From a virus (lineage: Duplodnaviria > Caudoviricetes), in the IMG/VR virus record IMGVR_UViG_3300020455_000016, positions 1 to 58,617 of that record: a DNA stretch of 58,617 bases, one strand, 5' to 3'. A program made the position numbers and the translations under genes. The notes under the pieces were generated by a model. It worked only from the letters and a program-made list of their open reading frames with translations. It was not told the origin of the DNA and made no database searches. This document shows, piece after piece, positions 55,033 to 58,617 of the stretch. Each line of letters starts with the position of its first letter. The first letter of the stretch is position 1.

Positions 55033-56013
55033 TCATATCGAATGTATTAAAGAATTATTAGCAGGAGGAATCATATTTTGAAGTGTACCATTATCCTGAT
55101 GATAAACAAGGTTATGATATTTTAGTTTAGCATTTACATCTAAATCATAGTAAAAATAATGTCTCCCATATCTTGGTGCTTGTACAACCCATTCACCTAA
55201 AGGATTTACTACACCACTTTGTGAAGATGTTTTGTATTTGTCAATAGTATTATCATTACCATCCCATCCCCATTCTACACAAGTATCAACTGTAAGAATA
55301 TGACAAATCCCAGAAAATGCAGTCATTTTTAACCACCCTTCATGCCATGTGTCATAAACATTATCTCTGATACTAGCAAGATGTTTTCCTGCTTTCTCAA
55401 TTGTCTCGTCAGGAAATTTATACCCATTAGTTGAATGGAAAATTAAATCTGGACAATCTTCACAAACATCTTCCATAATAGACTTAATTGATACCATACC
55501 AGGATGATTTCCATTCTTTCTACTGAAACTCCACATATCATTGCATATCATACCAATACAACGCATGTCAAATTTATGTAACTCAAAAATATGAGGAGGT
55601 TCAAAAGAAGCAACACAAGGTTGATCAAATCCAACTATTACCGTTTTATCAGTTATATTATACAAGTCTCCAAGTTTATTATAATACCTAATTTGATTAC
55701 GAGCAAGATTTCCACCTTCTTCTTCGGAAAGAATACAAGTTCCTAAATTTAATCCTACACCAACTTTCTTTTGATAATCTTGAACTTCTTTTAGAGCATC
55801 AGAAAGATTTATATCATCTCTCGCTTCTTCTGTTTTTCTATACAACCAATGATAAGGATCGTAACCAGAAAGACAAGCCTCTGGTGTTTGAATTATATCT
55901 ACATCATTATCTGCAGCCCAGTCTAAAGCTTTCTTAATTTCATTGAGATTATATGCAATGCTCACGTCATTGATTGGAATCTGTGCTCCAGCAATTCTAA
56001 TTGTATTACTCAT
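55033..56013 (-). CDS. Carbon-nitrogen hydrolase (nitrilase superfamily)
   Basis: IRIAGAQIP start; putative triad E (TPEACLSGY), K (TDKT) and C (GMICNDMW); SGVVNPLGEWV. Confidence 0.85.
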   Translation of the reverse strand: MSNTIRIAGAQIPINDVSIAYNLNEIKKALDWAADNDVDIIQTPEACLSGYDPYHWLYRKTEEARDDINLSDALKEVQDYQKKVGVGLNLGTCILSEEEGGNLARNQIRYYNKLGDLYNITDKTVIVGFDQPCVASFEPPHIFELHKFDMRCIGMICNDMWSFSRKNGNHPGMVSIKSIMEDVCEDCPDLIFHSTNGYKFPDETIEKAGKHLASIRDNVYDTWHEGWLKMTAFSGICHILTVDTCVEWGWDGNDNTIDKYKTSSQSGVVNPLGEWVVQAPRYGRHYFYYDLDVNAKLKYHNLVYHQDNGTLQNMIPPANNSLIHSI

Positions 56014-56015
56014 AA

Positions 56016-56264
56016 TTATTTGGGTGTTCTCCATGTATCAGTTTGATCAATCAACCACTCATACTTATCAGTTTGCTCTTTACATGATGGGCAAGTAAGT
56101 GATGAGAATGACAGACGATATATCCTAGTTATACTCTCACAATTTGGACACTTAATATTCTTACCATTCTTACCAGCACGTGACCGTTTGCATATAAGTT
56201 GGTAGTCTTCAGTGACTTTTTGTTTGCCACCGTTGATTATAATTTTTTTAGTTGCTTGTATCAT
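56016..56264 (-). CDS. Zn-ribbon hypothetical protein
   Basis: CPNC and CPSC motifs. Confidence 0.75.
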   Translation of the reverse strand: MIQATKKIIINGGKQKVTEDYQLICKRSRAGKNGKNIKCPNCESITRIYRLSFSSLTCPSCKEQTDKYEWLIDQTDTWRTPK

Positions 56265-56411
56265 TTGTTAATTTATTATACCAATATAAAAAATCATTCT
56301 TGTCTTCAATGGTTACAATTTCTCCTGTACTATGGATGATCATGATACCTAGAGGTCCATCTTCATCTTCCATAGAAAGATAGTCTATGTCGGGTGTTAA
56401 CTTAACGCCCT

Positions 56412-56732
56412 TCATTCCTTGCCCTCCTCTGACTTTTTTTCTTTTACATCCTCCTCTTTTTTCTTTGCTCTCTTCCTTGTCTTTCTTTCTGGTTTCTTTA
56501 ACATACTAATGTCCCATCTGTTAGGATTAACTAGTCCTCCAGTGTTATCAATCTTCTTCAAATCCTGCTTATACTTGTCCCAATAGTAATCAAACAGTTC
56601 TGATTTTTTATCTCCAACAGAAACATCATACTGAACTTTCCCATCCTTCACATACTCTACAAGATATGAAGTGTAAGGTAGGGACGTATCACTAGCATCT
56701 TTTACTTGACAATTTTCATACAATATCTTCAT
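56412..56732 (-). CDS. Conserved cyanophage hypothetical protein
   Basis: D.SLPY.SYLVEY...YD......LFDYYWDKY...G.VNP..W. Confidence 0.8.
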   Translation of the reverse strand: MKILYENCQVKDASDTSLPYTSYLVEYVKDGKVQYDVSVGDKKSELFDYYWDKYKQDLKKIDNTGGLVNPNRWDISMLKKPERKTRKRAKKKEEDVKEKKSEEGKE

Positions 56733-57160
56733 CCTCTATTACCCCATTCTATTGAAGGAAATGCAGTCTCTACACATGCACGAGTGACTCTGTATTTTTT
56801 ATTCAATGCCTTGTCTTTCACAAGTATTAAAAGTTCTGCCTCTTCTATAGATAGACCCTCTAACATCTGAATGAATAAATTCTCTCGTTGTGATTGCTTT
56901 ATAGATGAACCACCTTTAAAGAAAAGATATAACTTACGATACTCTTGTTCCAATACAGTATGTTCTGTACCTACAGGAGCATCGTTCTTCTCGAAAGGCA
57001 CATCACCTTCAGGTAACAATGATTGAACAGTTTCATCAAAGTTTGCAATCAATACTGAACGCAATGCATTAGTATTATTATCCTGTAGGATCTTTACCTT
57101 TTGTGCTTTTGTTTTGGCACTATGTACCTTCTGTAGTACTTCAGATATCAATAGTTTCAT
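56729..57160 (-). CDS. Conserved T4-like phage hypothetical protein
   Basis: LLISEVLQKV..AKTK..K...LPEGDVPF...RE.LFIQMLEGL...EAELL..VKDK.L. Confidence 0.85.
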   Translation of the reverse strand: MKLLISEVLQKVHSAKTKAQKVKILQDNNTNALRSVLIANFDETVQSLLPEGDVPFEKNDAPVGTEHTVLEQEYRKLYLFFKGGSSIKQSQRENLFIQMLEGLSIEEAELLILVKDKALNKKYRVTRACVETAFPSIEWGNRG

Positions 57161-57189
57161 TAGTCAAATAGAATAATATTTGTTAGTAT

Positions 57190-57435
57190 TTAGTCTTCGT
57201 CATCGTAAACTTCATCCTCATCTAGAAATCTAACTGTGAGAAGTTCTTCGTTCACCACCATACCATTGTCATCATACATCTCTGGATGTTCAGGTAAACT
57301 ACGCTTTGTATGCATGAAATCATAAAGGAAATCATTTGCTACCCAACCTATTAATACACCTAGGATAAGGGATAATATAATTGATGTACCTGAAAAGAAT
57401 AAAAATTCTGATGATGGCATGGTATCCTCTTGCAA
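57190..57435 (-). CDS. Conserved membrane-anchored hypothetical protein
   Basis: Transmembrane segment followed by HPEMYD.NG....E.L.VRF. Confidence 0.8.
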   Translation of the reverse strand: MQEDTMPSSEFLFFSGTSIILSLILGVLIGWVANDFLYDFMHTKRSLPEHPEMYDDNGMVVNEELLTVRFLDEDEVYDDED

Positions 57436-57437
57436 TG

Positions 57438-57617
57438 TTATTTTGTATCAACATCCTCCCAAGTGAATTCTATTCTAATAGAGAATAACTTTTTAAGGAG
57501 AACAAAAGTCTGCAATATTTTGAGACCCTTTGAGTTCTTTCTGGAAGCCCTCCTTAACATAAGTTCTACACCTTTATTTATGGTGGTCTCTGTAGAATTT
57601 TTACGTGGAGTATTCAT
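57438..57617 (-). CDS. Conserved hypothetical protein (59 aa)
   Basis: INKGVELMLRR motif; ATGA overlap with glutaredoxin. Confidence 0.65.
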   Translation of the reverse strand: MNTPRKNSTETTINKGVELMLRRASRKNSKGLKILQTFVLLKKLFSIRIEFTWEDVDTK

Positions 57618-57871
57618 CTTTGCCTCAACTTCTTACCGTATCCTTTATCAACAAGGTACTTGGCAGTGTTTTGTAGTCCTCCGATTTCCTCACCATCTAT
57701 TATAACATGAGGAAATCCAACAGCATTAGGATACTCTATTTCGAACTGCGATTTAGTTAGGTCTGTACCTATAACAACCGATGAATAATCCTCATCAATT
57801 ATTCTAAACAACTCCTTAACCTTATCACAATAATGACAAGCAGGTATAGTATAGATTTTAATGTGGGTCAT
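57614..57871 (-). CDS. Glutaredoxin (NrdC/NrdH-like)
   Basis: IYT...CHYC.KVK, FP.V.IDG..IGG. Confidence 0.9.
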   Translation of the reverse strand: MTHIKIYTIPACHYCDKVKELFRIIDEDYSSVVIGTDLTKSQFEIEYPNAVGFPHVIIDGEEIGGLQNTAKYLVDKGYGKKLRQR

Positions 57872-57950
57872 AACGATGTATAACTGAAAATACAATTCCC
57901 GTTGAGATTAGTACAATAACAATGAGTGTTAATAATAAATGCATAATTAA

Positions 57951-58463
57951 TTAAATCCAATCGGGTTTTCTGGATGGGTCACGTAGATAATTAGATGCAA
58001 CCCAAGGTTTGCTGGCAATGTAAGTTTTGTAAGCAGTAAAAGTATCAATGCTTGTGTCATGTTTATACTCATCAGGCATAGCACGAGTAAATGATTCAGG
58101 TGGAGTTGGTTTCAATGATGGTAGTAGAAATCCTACTTCTAGTATAGTTTTCTCACAACTATGAATTTTATCATACCTATGTTTGTATTCCATACATAAT
58201 CCAATACCATGAGCAACTAACCATCGTGTATTAACAATTGATTCATTTGCCCACACAGTACAAGGATGATTACGAAAGGCACCCTTCTCTGTTTTGTATG
58301 GTGTACCATCTTTCTTGTGTATCTGACCGTAACCATGACCCCACTTGTCAGAACAAACAATAGAAAGCATTTGACATGTTTCTAAAGGCATCTTAACGAC
58401 ATGCTTATCTGGTAAGCATTGAGCAGACTTATAGGGTGACGGATCAGTCACAAATATATTCAT
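57951..58463 (-). CDS. Pyrimidine-dimer DNA glycosylase / endonuclease V-like protein
   Basis: MNIF.......SA..L.DKHVVKM.LE..QMLS...NHPCT.W...EY..RY.K.H...AMPD.YK...AY..Y...K. Confidence 0.75.
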   Translation of the reverse strand: MNIFVTDPSPYKSAQCLPDKHVVKMPLETCQMLSIVCSDKWGHGYGQIHKKDGTPYKTEKGAFRNHPCTVWANESIVNTRWLVAHGIGLCMEYKHRYDKIHSCEKTILEVGFLLPSLKPTPPESFTRAMPDEYKHDTSIDTFTAYKTYIASKPWVASNYLRDPSRKPDWI

Positions 58464-58488
58464 AAAAAAAAGGGGTCGTGAGACCCCT
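58464..58488 (-). terminator. Rho-independent terminator after psbA
   Basis: AGGGGTC-TCAC-GACCCCT plus T-tract. Confidence 0.85.
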
Positions 58489-58490
58489 TA

Positions 58491-58519
58491 ATTATATCAG
58501 ATTGTCAGCAGTGTGTCAA
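58491..58519 (-). promoter_or_regulatory. Sigma70-type promoter overlapping the psbA stop codon
   Basis: TTGACA (58514-58519), 17 bp, TATAAT (58491-58496). Confidence 0.85.
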
Positions 58520-58617
58520 CCGATAGAAGGTGCAACAAGAGCAACTTCAGATGAACCAGCAGATGCTAGGTCAAGTGGGAAGTTGTGTGCATTTCTTTCG
58601 TGCATTACTTCCATACC
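58516..58617 (-). CDS. psbA: Photosystem II D1 protein, C-terminal 33 aa (gene continues beyond the window)
   Basis: [33 protein letters not shown]. Confidence 0.98.
   Translation of the reverse strand, partial: GMEVMHERNAHNFPLDLASAGSSEVALVAPSIG

Noticed and set aside
440-57705. Many plus-strand ORFs and nested minus-strand ORFs in the track (e.g. 44247-44876, 14638-15027, 37909-38109, 54599-54832)
   Set aside because: They are antisense or off-frame shadows of well-supported genes, with low-complexity translations and no motifs.
1-58617. tRNA or rRNA genes
   Set aside because: No cloverleaf with T-loop and acceptor-stem signatures was seen in intergenic gaps by eye; tRNAscan-SE would be the decisive test.

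Overview
This is an AT-rich fragment of a T4-like marine cyanophage genome (cyanomyovirus/Kyanoviridae type; a Prochlorococcus host is plausible but not proven). Almost everything is on the minus strand. In transcription order, right to left: (1) the 3' end of psbA; (2) a middle-gene block with a DenV-like glycosylase, glutaredoxin, nitrilase, an NtcA-box / tandem glutamine riboswitch / DUF4278 unit, thyX, phoH, exonuclease, gp33 and gp32; (3) a plus-strand gp4-gp2-gp48-gp53 block; (4) baseplate-hub and tail genes (gp26/gp51, two tape-measure-like paralogues, gp27-like, split gp5); (5) CP12 and a CpeT/CpcT-like bilin lyase; (6) a 4416-aa virion protein and a tail-fibre operon; (7) about 9.6 kb of small early genes with six palindrome-type early promoters, an ArdA-like protein, a DNA methyltransferase and four structured RNA candidates. 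The strongest new observation is that the 4416-aa protein directly downstream of the T-type lyase carries three phycobiliprotein-like helical domains. Each keeps both a Cys84-type site (KC[KA]RD[IL]G) and a Cys153/155-type site, which suggests a phage lyase plus chromophorylated virion protein system. The same protein is built by recursive domain-in-domain insertion that parses as balanced brackets about 10 levels deep. Other highlights are a probable -1 frameshift joining gp26 to gp51, a dispersed ~60-bp inverted-repeat element, and the early small-RNA cluster. All family assignments come from motif recognition by eye; no database searches were run.
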